A stretch of 24,460 bases of DNA, taken from assembly GCA_000388065.2 (NCBI GenBank), contig KB932212.1; one strand, written 5' to 3'. The notes below the pieces were generated by a model, which was not told where the DNA came from, ran no database searches, and saw only the letters and a program-made list of their open reading frames with translations. Of the stretch, positions 1 to 10,605 are shown piece by piece. Source of the stretch: Fonticula alba ATCC 38817 (Eukaryota; Protista; Nucleariida). Positions within the stretch are counted from its first letter, which is position 1; each line of letters begins with the position of its first letter. The position numbers and the translations under genes are program-made.

Positions 1-292
1 TCTCTCGCTCTCTCGCTCTCCCGGTGCGCTTATCCAACTTTTTTTTCTCGGCCCCTCCCAGACATCTCCCTGGGGTAAGCATATGATAATGTATTTCCCC
101 CGGCACCGGCAAATGCGTGCGCCGTGGTGTTATTCCGCCCCCTCGCCCGGCTCTTCCGCCCTTCATCCATGCCGAGGAATGTACAGGAGAGCAAGGCGAG
201 GATGGGGCAAGATGGAGGAGCAAATCCAGGAGAAGGGCAGCCCCTCGCGGCCGGACACAGCGCCAACATGGCGAGCGCCCCGGTAGCGAGGC

Positions 293-2388
293 CTACCCTT
301 CGTCCTCATCGGCACTCAGCACAAGGGTGCTGCTGTGGTCGGAGCCCGGGGAGGAGTGGCTCATCGGCCGAAAGCTCGCCAGGAAGTAGGTTTTCATGTC
401 ACCCTTCCCCTTGATGGAGATCTTGCCCCGGGGTTCGAAGGTCCATTCGCCGCCACCACATTCGGCCGGCGTGTCAATCAGCCCCCTGCGCACGGCCTCT
501 GTGCAATGCACTCGCCCTGGGAGACTGTACGACTCCATGCGACTGGCCGTGTTCACGGTGTCGCCCCAGACATCGAAGATGTGAAAGCGGCCGGGAATAA
601 CCCCGCACACCACCTCGCCCCGGTGCATGCCGATGCGAAAGGTTAGCTGGCGTGTTTGCTGCGAGAAATCGGCCTCCCTGACGCTCGGGCGATGGCCCGC
701 TCGTGGGGACCGCCCGGCGGTTCTGCCCTGCGATCCTTGGGGCTGCTTGTCACGGCGGAGGTGCGCCACGCGGAAGATGAACGGCTGCTCCACCATGGAC
801 AGGGCCAAGCGAGCCAGATCGCACAAGCCACGATCGGAGTTGGCCCGGTCCTCCGGGCAGATGGCTTCATGCTGGTGCTGCTGCTGCTGCTGCTGCAGGA
901 GGTCCGGCGAGTCGTCGACCGACATGAAGGAGCTCTCCCAGGTGGAGGCACCCTGTCGCTGGTGCTGCTGCTGGTGCTGCTGTTGCGGCCGCAGGTCCGC
1001 CGGCGCCGAGTCCTGTGTCGGGCCGCGGGTCGGTCCAAATGCCTCTGGTGGCGATGCCTGGAAGGGGGTCGCACGGACCGAAACTTGATGGTCGCTGTCC
1101 AGCGAGAAGGCCACAAACTTCGTGTGACTATCGGCCGCCCCGCCCGCGGGAGGGCCAGCTTTTGCCATGCTGCCAGCTGCCAGCGGCGTCGAGTGCGATG
1201 TCGCGACAAACACCTTACTGGCAGCCTTCTGGAGCGGGGCTTCCGGGGCCGAGGCCATTACTGGCACCCGGTCGGCGACGGTGGCATCGCCGCCGCCATG
1301 GCCATCAGCGACCATGGCCGGGAAAGCAGGGGGGCCATCCACCGCGAGGCCAGTGTCCGACGGGAGACCCTGCGGCGGCGGCGGCGGCGGCGGCGACGAC
1401 GGCGGCGATGCCTCCAGCGACGAGGTAGACGACATTGTGGCCATATTGGAGAGAGGGGAGGGGAAGTGCGGCCGGCGCCTGGCCGGCCGAGCCCCAGCCT
1501 GAAGTCGAACAACGGTTGGATGCTGCTCGCAGCCGGGCGTGTACGCGGATGCCCGAGCCCATTCACAGCAGGCGTGGGGATGTCAGTGTCGCCGAGTGGC
1601 CCAGACCCGGGGGAGATGACTCCGGCTCGCGCGACAAACCGCAGCACGGGAGCCTCATCCTGTGTCTGCGCCTACATATACATATATGTGCATGTGTGTG
1701 CGTGTGTGTGTGTGTTGCCAAATGCTGGCATTCAATTGTTTTGAAAGGGAGGGACTCTTGTTGCGGTGCAGCCGCACACGCGACAGCCAGGATGGCCACC
1801 ACCGGCAAAAGGAGCAAAGCTCAGGGGCAAGGGAGAGAGCGGGAAAGCCCGGGGAAAGCCGCGAGCGAAAAGGCCAGAAAGAGGGTGTAGAGCCACGGAC
1901 AAGATGTGGCATTGCCCGCCCCCCCGTGCACCCCCCCCACCGGGCTGCTGCGAGAAAGAGGCACTCCTACACATGCACGCATCGCAAATGGCAAGGGAGA
2001 CAATGGACATGCGGATGGCGGAAAGTGGGAAGGGAAGAGGAAAAGAAAGAGCACGAAGAAGAAGAAGACACGAACCATGGGTGATGCCGATGCGTGGGGC
2101 TGGGCTGGCTGCGAGCCATCGTAACCCTGGGCCGGCTGACCAGCGCCAAGGGGTGCCCCTAGCAGGGAAGACTCCCCCAGCTCCGAGGAAGCCCGCTGCC
2201 GTGGACCGCCGGCGCCTTCGGTGGTGACATTCACCGAGGGGTCCGACCCGGAAGTCAGCACCTGGGAGTCATTCATCATGTGGCAGGATTCCGAGGAGGC
2301 AAGCCACCCGGCTCCGGCCAGCGAGTGGGTGCTACCTGCTTGGCCGGGGGCCATGGAGATGGCGGCATTCCCGGTCTCCGGGGGGGCT

Positions 2389-2444
<56 letters not shown>

Positions 2445-5400
2445 TGCTGCTGCTGCTGCTGCTGTTGTTGACGCCCCCGTCGTCAGTCCTCGCACATGCT
2501 CTGGCAAGTTCGCCGGGTGCACCTGGCCGGCCTGCAGCCCGCGCGCTGGCGACCCGAGAGACGGCGAGGAAAGGGTCCTTGCTGGGACCGGAGGGGGGGG
2601 CACGACGCCGGTGCTGGCCTGACGAAGGTGCGACGCCGAGAAGGGGACACTGCGAGTCCAGAAGTTCGACACGGCGGGCGACCCCGACGCGGCCGGGTCC
2701 AAAGCCGGACGGGAAGGCACGGTCGCGGCCCGCAGCGATGGCCGGGGCCGCACCGCAGCCAGCAACTCCACCGACCCGGTGGATGAGAAGGACGACAAGG
2801 AGGAGGACGGCAGTGAAGACAGGGCCGGCATCGGGCCGACAGCGGCCGAGGCCTGGCCAGGCTCCCCGGCGAACAGGTCGACCACCACATCCAGGATGCC
2901 ACTGACCGAATGGGATTCGGTGGTGCTCGGGTGGAAGGTGGCCGTGCTCGAGTTGGTCGACAGGTACGGCGAATCCGAGGAGGGATTGCGGCTGGTCGAG
3001 GAGAAGTCCGACGAGGAGGATGGTGTCCCGGAGGAGGGGAGGTCCGAGGAGAAGGAGGCCGATCGCGAGGTGGGGCCGGCATTCTCCGCCACAAGGCCGG
3101 CTGGTGTGCCGGCAGGGGACCCGGGAAAGGAAGGGGCACCGGGCAGGTCAGGGAGATCCGCCGGATATGGGGGCGGGGTGGTGGAGAGGAACAAAGGAAA
3201 AAAAAATGAAGGGAGAAAAAAATCAACACCCCCCGCGCACATTGCACGATAATCGGCGTGGTGGCCGAGACGGCATCCCCGCCGCCCAAGCGCGAGGTGG
3301 GGCGTCCCGGCGGATGTCCCAGTGTCGGTATGAGCGTCACCTCCTCCTCGCTGGTCCGGTCGTCCAGGGCCGAGGTGCTGTCGCTGGTCGGCGGGGGCTC
3401 CAAAGCCCGCGAGGGGGAGATGGTCATGGAGGAGGTCCGCGACAGGGGGCTCGACGAGGTGTAATGCACCAGAATGTAGTCCGTGCTCTCGGTGCCATCT
3501 GGCCGCACCCGGCCGATCTTCTGCCGATGGGCAACCTGCGACGACCGCGAAGGGGGGCCGCCACTGGCGGCCGCCTGCCGGCCGCCAGTGGCCGATCCTC
3601 GCCGGTGCCGGGGGGAACTCGCACCGGGGCCCAGCACGGCCGCCGAAGTGAGCCCCCGAGCGGACCGGACAGTGCGCGAAAGGAGTGGCACCCCGGCCAC
3701 CAGCATGAAGGCATCGCCGATGGCCTTGACCTTCTCCACCTCGTTCATGTCCTTCATGCGGCGCTCAATCTCATCGCTCAGGGCACGAAGGACCGCCACC
3801 ACGGCCACCGGGGTCATGGTGCTGGAGATCTCCACAAAGCCCACCACATCCATGAAGAGCACCGTCACCAGGGGCACACGGTCGATCAGGGCCCGGTCGC
3901 TGCCGGCGCCGATCTTCAGGCGCCGGCCCAGGATCGATGGCGGGATCATCTCCGTCAGGATGGCCCGGGTGCGCTTGTTGGCGCGGACCAAATCCCGGCC
4001 ATAGGAAATGGTGGTCACCCGCAGCGAGTGCACATACATCATGAGGGCGATGATGGAGATGGCCACCATGCCCGGGGCCAGGAGGATGGTCGTCACATCG
4101 ATGTGCGGATTGACGACTTGCACCAGCCACCGCGGCAGCAGCCCAAACCAGGGGGTATGTTGCAGCTGGAGCTGCGGCATGATGGGCAGCGATCGCTCAG
4201 CCGGCGTGGTCGCTGGGGGCGCGAGCCGCGCCAGCGGCACCGCCGGCCGTAATCCATCGAAGTAGATGCTCGGCCAGCACCGGGCCACGGGTTTGGCCGG
4301 GTCATCGGCCCCGCCGAAGTCCCCGCAGGATGACCGGCCAAAGTGCATCCCGAGCTCCGTGCTGGGGCATTGCCCCAGGGACAGGTCCATCTCCAAAGCA
4401 AGGGCCGCCTTGTCATCCTGGTATTGGTCGGCCGTGCGCGGGCGCATGTCCAGCCGGGTGGCCCGGTACAGAGTGGCCGCCAGGAGGTTGGTCATCGGGC
4501 AGAGGGCGCGCTGGCGAAGGGCCACATAGGCCAGCAAATTCAGGAGCAGGATCAGCACCACCGGCAGCCGCGATGCCACTCGCCGGGCCGGAACCAGCGA
4601 CAGGGCGAAGCAAGACAGCGGGAAGAGGTAGGCCGTCATGAAGCCCGGGTAAATGTCGATCTCCGGCGAGCCGGTGTCAGCAACGGCCCCGGTCCCGCGC
4701 AGGGGGCAGGAGAAAATCTGCAACACCACATGCTGCGACAGGACATACACCGTGCCCAGCCACCGGAGGAGACGCCGAGTTGGGCGCTCGATGCGCACGC
4801 GCAGGGTCGTCAGCAGGGCCAAATTCCCGAGGGCCACAAGCGCATGCGGCCACTTGCCACACACCATCAGCAGGACGATGATGGCCAGGCAGCAAAGGAT
4901 GGTGGTATTCAGGTGCAGGCGAATGAGCGGCAAATTCCGCCGCGACAGAGCCGCCAAGCCGAGCGACTCGGCCGTGGCCAATGCCAGCCGCCGACAGAGG
5001 CGCCATGTGCGCCGGAGCACGCGCCGAGCCCGACGCCGAAGCACCATCATCACCGACCGTGGCCGGTGGGTGTGCCGGTGCTGGTGCCGGTGGAAGCGCC
5101 GGTGCCGGAGGCACATCAGCAGCGGAACCAGCGTCCGATACTGCGGGGAAAGACGCTCGAACAGCAGCCACCCGAGCAGGGCCACCCGCGACCCGAGCTC
5201 CAGCACCTCCTGCAGCCACATCAGCGCGCACATGGCTGCCAGATGGCCAAGCAGCAGGCCCACCACCAGCGGCGCGAGGGCCAGCTGCACGGGCGGCAGC
5301 CCGCTGGCCGGGTGGGCCCACCACCAGCTGCTCACAAGCTGGAATACCTGCCACAGGGAGAGCTCCATGTGGGCCGCCGCCGCCGCCGCCGCCGCCGCCG

Positions 5401-8311
5401 GAGAGGACGGCCCCGGAGATGCTGCGCCAGGGCCCGGCGGCAGGGGAGCCCCTTGGTCGGTGCCGGCGCCCGCGCGAGGCACCTCATCGACCAAGGCACA
5501 GTCCACGCCCGGCAAGCAAAAGGGACAGAAGAAGCCGACGCAATGCCGGTGCATGGTGGCCCCGGCGGCCGATGGCCAAGTCAACAGCCGCGCCATCACC
5601 GACACATGCCCGAGCAATGCGCGCCACGCCAGCCACCGCAGCAGGACCCACAGCCAGTCTCGTGCATCGGTGGACACCGACCGGAACAGGCGAAAGTCGA
5701 AGGGCGCCGGCGAGCCATCCGCATTGAGGGGCAGCAGTCGGCCATCCAGGCCGATGGTCGGCAGCAATGTCCTCGAAGCGGCCGACAGCCTGCACATCGA
5801 CCCCGGCACAGGGCCCAGCCCATGCCGGGCGCCGGGCAAAGCCGGCAGGCTACTGGTGGATGAGGTGCGCGAGGGAGCCGATGCCGAGGCCACCGAGGGG
5901 GGCGCTGCGCCAGGGCGGCCCCCCCGCGCGAGGCGGGCCAGCCGGGCCAGCGAGCCGGTCGATCGGGCGCCGACGATGCCGAACGTTGCCGGGGCCGACC
6001 GGGGCCGCGCCGCCAGCAACTCGACCGGGCTGCTCGGGCCGGGCCTGCCACCCCTGCCAGTGCCAAGGCTGGATGCCTGCCATGAAGACATGCGCCTCAG
6101 GGGGTCGCGCGCATGGCGGCCGCCCGCCGAGCGACCGAAGGGCAGCCCCCCCGGCGCCGCCAAGCCGTCGAGACTCTGGCTGGCGCTGCTGCTGGCGCTG
6201 CTGCTACTGCTGCTGCTGCTGCTGCTTCCCACATGCGCACTCGAGCCATAGAGGGAGGTGTCCTCCTCGGACCCGCAGTCGACCCCGGTGGAGGACTGGA
6301 GCTCGGGCCAGGTGTTCAGGTAGTCCATGCCCCGGTGGAAGAACAGGCGATTGCCGAGGACCGTTGACCGGGGGGGATGGCGCAGGCAGCGAGACAGACA
6401 GGCCTCCGAGCAGGAGGAGTGGTGTGGGAGCTGGCTCCCCACAACGACAGACCGCCGCCGCATGGTCGGGTGCTTCATGCAGGGGGCATACCGGTCAAAG
6501 TGGGCAGCCGGAGCCACCATGGCCGGGGTACGGGGGTGCCGGCCAGCGGCCGCCTGGCGGGGAGCCAGCCTCCGAACCGAATCGGAATCGCTGTTGCTGG
6601 TGGCACTCGAGTGCGACATGAAGCTGGCATCCGACGAGGAGTCCAGCCCGACCGACATGTCGGACCCGGAATCCATGGTCCAGCCGCTGTCGGAATCGGA
6701 AAGATGCCTGGCCGGTCCGGCCGGGCAGGCCAGCTTGCTGGCTCGGGTCAGGGCCAGGGCAATGGTGTAATCCGGGTCGATGACAAACTGGTGGCGTGTG
6801 GGGCCCGGTGTTGCGACTCCCCGGCTGTCGCCTGTGGCCGGGGCGGGCCGCGCTGGCAGATTGCCCCCGAGCCGGTCCATCAGGCTGAGCTGCATGAAGT
6901 GCAAGGCCTTCGGACAGGAGAGGGCACTCTCCGAGAAGGAGGATTTCTGTCTCCGTGGCCGAAACCCGGCGGCCGGGGGATTGGACAGGCCGGCGTCCGA
7001 GGTGGCGCCGGGGCCGGGCGGCTCCGGGGCCGGAGGCGCTGAAGGGGCCTGGTCCAGGACCAAATCCGAGGCCGGGCCCGAGGCCGCGACGGGCACTTGG
7101 CACGCGGCTGCACACGGGGCAGGGGAGGGAAGGAAAGCACGACAGATGAGAAGCCGGCAGACGAGGGAAGGGACACGCGCGCGAGGGAAGACCGTACACG
7201 AGGGCTGAGGATCGATCGGGAGGGCCGTTGGCCGGCAGTCCGGAGCGCGGGGACAGGCGCAGGAGGCGGAGCTACTCCGAGCCGCCGGGGTCGCCGGGAG
7301 GCCCGACGAGAGGGAGGAGCTGCTCGACTGGACATATATGGACGGGCAATTGCGCGACAGGCGCAGGTAGCCGGTGCTGAAGGAGCAGGCCCCCGGGGTG
7401 TTGGCCGGCGATCCGGGAGACTGACCACCGGGGCCGAGAGCCGACCCCGGCAGCGGCGGCAGGATCGGCTCGCGGTTGGGCGAATGGAGGATGGCCGCGC
7501 GTGCGGCCTGGGCCCGCTCATGCTGGCGTTGCTGGCGGAGAGCAGCCGAGGCAGATGTGGCCTCCCCTGCCCAGATCCCCCCGCGGCCGAGAGGGCGTCT
7601 ATGGGTGGTTCGCATGGATGCTGCTGCGGGGGAGACCCCCACTCCGGGATCCCGGGGCCGAGCCGTGAGCAGGGCGGGCGGGGGCTGGGCAGTGGTCCCA
7701 TCCGCGGGGCGCTCCTCGTCCGAGCTATCGGCCGGGCGCGGCGCGGGGTCATCCAATGTGGCCACCATGGCATCGCCCGGGGCCTGGTGCCGGGCTAGGT
7801 CCGTGGGCGAGTCCAATGCCAGTGGCGGTCGCGGCCGAGGCAATGCCAGCCTTCCCGACGGCGAGGCGTCGGGCTGTGCATTGAAGTGCATCTGCTTGGA
7901 CCGGTAGTTGCGCTTGATGGCGAAGCGCCGCAACGAAGGCGACTTGCTGATGCTGCGCGATGGCGAGGCAAGAACCCCCGGGGAGGTGCTGGGCTCCAGG
8001 CCGGGGGGAGACCCGACCACCGGCGGGCGGACCACCCTGCTGGAGGTCGGGCGTGGGGCAACGGCCGCCGGAGAGCCCGGCTGCCGGGTTGCCGCCTGGC
8101 GAATGTCATCGGCAGGGGAGAGCGGCGGCGGGGGCGGCGTGACGAGCGACGAGAAGGGCGGCGGGGGTGGGGCATTTGCGCGCCGCTGGGAGGCAGTTGG
8201 CGCCTTGCCCGCGTCAAGTCCAGACTTGTCCTCCGCCTGCTGGGGGGTGCCATCCTTGGTGCACGGCTGCCGGGGGAGGGTGAAGCCTTGGTGGCCGGGT
8301 CGTTTGGACAT
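293..8311 (-). CDS. Membrane-bound class III nucleotidyl cyclase, predicted adenylyl cyclase, ~2,430-2,470 aa, at least 3 exons
   Basis: Exon 8311..3241 (from MSKRPGHQ), intron 3240..3101 (GTGCGC...CTGAC...CAG, phase 1, frame restored), exon 3100..2076, then a junction near 2075 to 1499-1660 that I cannot resolve, and a last exon ending at TAG 295..293. Motifs: helical linker RANKRTRAILTEMIPPS, VTVLFMDVVGF (Asp 3850-3848), EKVKAIGDAFMLVAGVP (Lys 3727-3725, Asp 3715-3713), LCDLARLALSM, FRIGMHRGEVVCGVI, FDVWGDTVNTASRMES (Asp 574-572, Asn 553-551, Arg 541-539), GKISIKGKGDMKTYFL. Several hydrophobic segments lie between ~5660 and 4030. The start is uncertain: a phase-0 upstream exon 8695..8627 spliced to an AG acceptor before 8386 is possible. 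Confidence 0.9.
380..835 (-). other. C-terminal half of the cyclase catalytic domain (alpha3 to the last strands)
   Basis: LCDLARLALSM...FRIGMHRGEVVCGVIPGRFHIFDVWGDTVNTASRMESYSLPGRVHCTE...GKISIKGKGDMKTYFL in ORF 293..1444. Confidence 0.93.
2385..2462 (-). repeat. Trinucleotide repeat encoding a 26-residue poly-Ala run inside the cyclase insert
   Basis: The minus strand reads (GCA)6(GCG)18 GCA GCC in the frame of exon 3100..2076. Confidence 0.9.
3686..3880 (-). other. N-terminal half of the cyclase catalytic domain (beta1 to beta3, both metal-binding Asp and the substrate Lys)
   Basis: DRVPLVTVLFMDVVGFVEISSTMTPVAVVAVLRALSDEIERRMKDMNEVEKVKAIGDAFMLVAGVP matches the class III cyclase pattern. 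Confidence 0.92.
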
Positions 8312-8741
8312 TCTCGCCGGCGCGCGGGGGTATCGGCTTTTCCCCCCTTGAGGAGGCGACGCAGGGGAGGAGGGGGGGATGTGTATCTGCGAGCGGGTGT
8401 GTATGTGGAGAAGGAACAAGAGAGAGAGAGAGGAAAGGGGAGGGGGGCGGAAGGGGCAGGTGCGCGAGTGTCTGGCTATGTGTGTGTGCGTGCGTGCGTG
8501 CGTGCAAAATGGAGAGGCAAGTGAGAGGGTGCAGGCGATAGGGAGGGGGAGAGGCTATCATGTGCAGGGGAACCGGCGGGGTTCCCGGGGGTACGGGGGC
8601 CACAGAAAAGTGCCCAGCACACGCACGCCACGCATGGGCCCCCTCCCCTCCGCCCCCTCTCGCCTTCCCCCGCCACGCGGCACCCAGGCGAGCATGGCAT
8701 GGGGCGCCCCAGAGAGGGAGAGATGGCCGACAGGGGGGCGG

Positions 8742-8743
<2 letters not shown>

Positions 8744-8811
<68 letters not shown>
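8744..8811. repeat. Poly-G tract (G36 A G31)
   Basis: Read directly. It lies in the divergent intergenic region between the cyclase and the HExxH gene. The exact length may be an assembly artefact. Confidence 0.85.
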
Positions 8812-8813
<2 letters not shown>

Positions 8814-9852
8814 GGGGAGGAAAAGGCAGCGGTCGCCCCGGCGCTAGTGGCCAGCTCTCTGCGTGGGCGAGGGACGCCCCCTTCCCCCCCCTCCCCCCTC
8901 GCAACATGGCGGCCAGATCTTGGGGCGATCGGTCGCCGCGGGGCCGGGGAGGGGTTGATCCACGATCCGCGCGAGGCTCCGGGAGGGGATTTATCCCCGG
9001 GCCAGTTCCCAAGCCCCCGGGCTGGGGGGCAAAGTTTGGGGCGATCGGCCGGGCCCCCCGAAGGCCTCGGGGAATAACAGTGGCTTCTTCTTTCCTGCCA
9101 GACGGCCACACGCGCCTGGGAGGGGGGGGGGGGGCGGGAGAACTTCACGTGTGGACCGGCCCTCGCCTGCACACCGGGGGCCCTGGCAGTGCGCCTCGCG
9201 CCGCACGACGTCGCCGTGCGGGCCACTCGACGCGCGCTGCGTGCAGACACGATACCGGCCTCGGCGGGGCCTGAACGTCCCGCCCCCACCCCCCCCCCCG
9301 CCGACGGCGCGAGAGGCTGGCTTGTGTCCATGCTGAGAGAATGGTTCTCATGGGGGGGGGGAAGAAAGCCCGTGTGGGCTGCTCCGCCTCGGTCCTTTTT
9401 TTTTTCGCCCTCCCTTGGCACGCCGCAGGCCGGGGCAGGAATGGGTCACTTTCGGCCCCGGTCCCCTCCCCGCGGCTTCCCCACGGGGAGACGGCCGGCA
9501 TGCCGCCCCGCCGCGCGCAGCTCATGGCGTCCCGGACTCCTCCAACGGACCAGTCGGCGCCGGCGTGATGTGGAAGCACGTGGGCGCCGGCGTGACACCC
9601 TATGCCGCTGCATGGTGCCCCCGGTCCGCCCGGGAGGGGGCGGGGGGCAGCCCTCGGCGTCGCAGGCATCCCCCCCGGTATTTGCGCCAGCCAGCCCCGG
9701 CGGTCTCCGCCCGCGGAGCGACTGCCAGCGCACACCCCGCTCCTTGCCTGCCCGCCCGTCCCCTCGCTCCCACCCCCCCCCCCCCCACAACCCCACACCC
9801 CCCGCCCCCCGCCCCACATCCACACCCCCTCCCCTGGCTCCGGACACGAAAC

Positions 9853-10605
9853 ATGCCACCCCGGAAGAAGGCCCCCGAGCAGCACTCCCAGCCGGGCAAG
9901 GCCCGGCAGGGCGGCACTCCCACCGGAGGCCCGCCCTTCGTCGTGCGCCAGGAAAAGAGCTACACCCTGCTGCTCTTTGACACCGAGTCCCAGCTGAATG
10001 CGGCCCTCTGCCGGCCGGCGGCCTTCTACGAGCACTTCCAACTGATGGGCCAGTACACCTCGCGCGCGGACTGGCCCAATGCCTGCCGGCCGCCGCCGCG
10101 CTATTGCGGCTTCAATGCCCCGCTGGCGGACCTGATCGAGTGGGCCCGCTGCGCCCGGCAGGATCTGGCCCCGGAGGAGGCCCAAGTCCTGGATGCCCTG
10201 CTCCATCCGGCGCCCTTCGTGCCGGACAGCGCGCCCGAGCACCTCCACGAGTGGACCCCCCCGCGGCAGCCGCGTCCCGGGATCCGGTCATACGTCATCG
10301 CCCTGGTGGCCGGCGACCGGGTGGCCCTGGCGCACGAGCTCCGCCATGTGGTTTTCTTCCTGGACCCCGAGTACCGGGAGCTGTCCGAGCGTGCGTGGCG
10401 CGAACTGACCCCGGAGGAGCGCGCCGCCGTGGAAGTGGACTTCCTCAACCGGCGGTACCACCCCCGGCATCACATTGATGAATTCCAGGCATACATCGCC
10501 ACCGAGCCCTTCACCTTCCCGGCCAAGGGGCGAAACTTCCCCCCGGCCAAGATGCGCACTCTGCAGCTGCTCCTGACGCAGCGCGATGTCTCGGCCCTCT
10601 TCTAG
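9853..10605 (+). CDS. Uncharacterised 250 aa protein with an HExxH motif, putative zinc metallopeptidase (gluzincin-like)
   Basis: ATG 9853 (context AACATGC) to TAG 10603-10605, open with no intron needed. Third positions are GC-rich and the composition is globular, unlike the antisense ORFs. AHELRH sits at 10330-10347, and DEFQAY with Glu 10480-10482 lies 45 codons after the second His. Confidence 0.8.
   Translation: MPPRKKAPEQHSQPGKARQGGTPTGGPPFVVRQEKSYTLLLFDTESQLNAALCRPAAFYEHFQLMGQYTSRADWPNACRPPPRYCGFNAPLADLIEWARCARQDLAPEEAQVLDALLHPAPFVPDSAPEHLHEWTPPRQPRPGIRSYVIALVAGDRVALAHELRHVVFFLDPEYRELSERAWRELTPEERAAVEVDFLNRRYHPRHHIDEFQAYIATEPFTFPAKGRNFPPAKMRTLQLLLTQRDVSALF

Noticed and set aside
4343-6251. 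Long plus-strand ORFs (4343..5863, 4653..6251, also 656..1744 and 3020..4252) antisense to the cyclase
   Set aside because: These are shadow ORFs expected in very GC-rich coding DNA. They have no motifs, Arg/Ala/Gly-biased composition, and the opposite strand carries the recognisable gene.
9145-10248. Minus-strand 367 aa ORF overlapping the HExxH gene
   Set aside because: Antisense shadow whose second half translates a G-rich UTR into poly-Gly.
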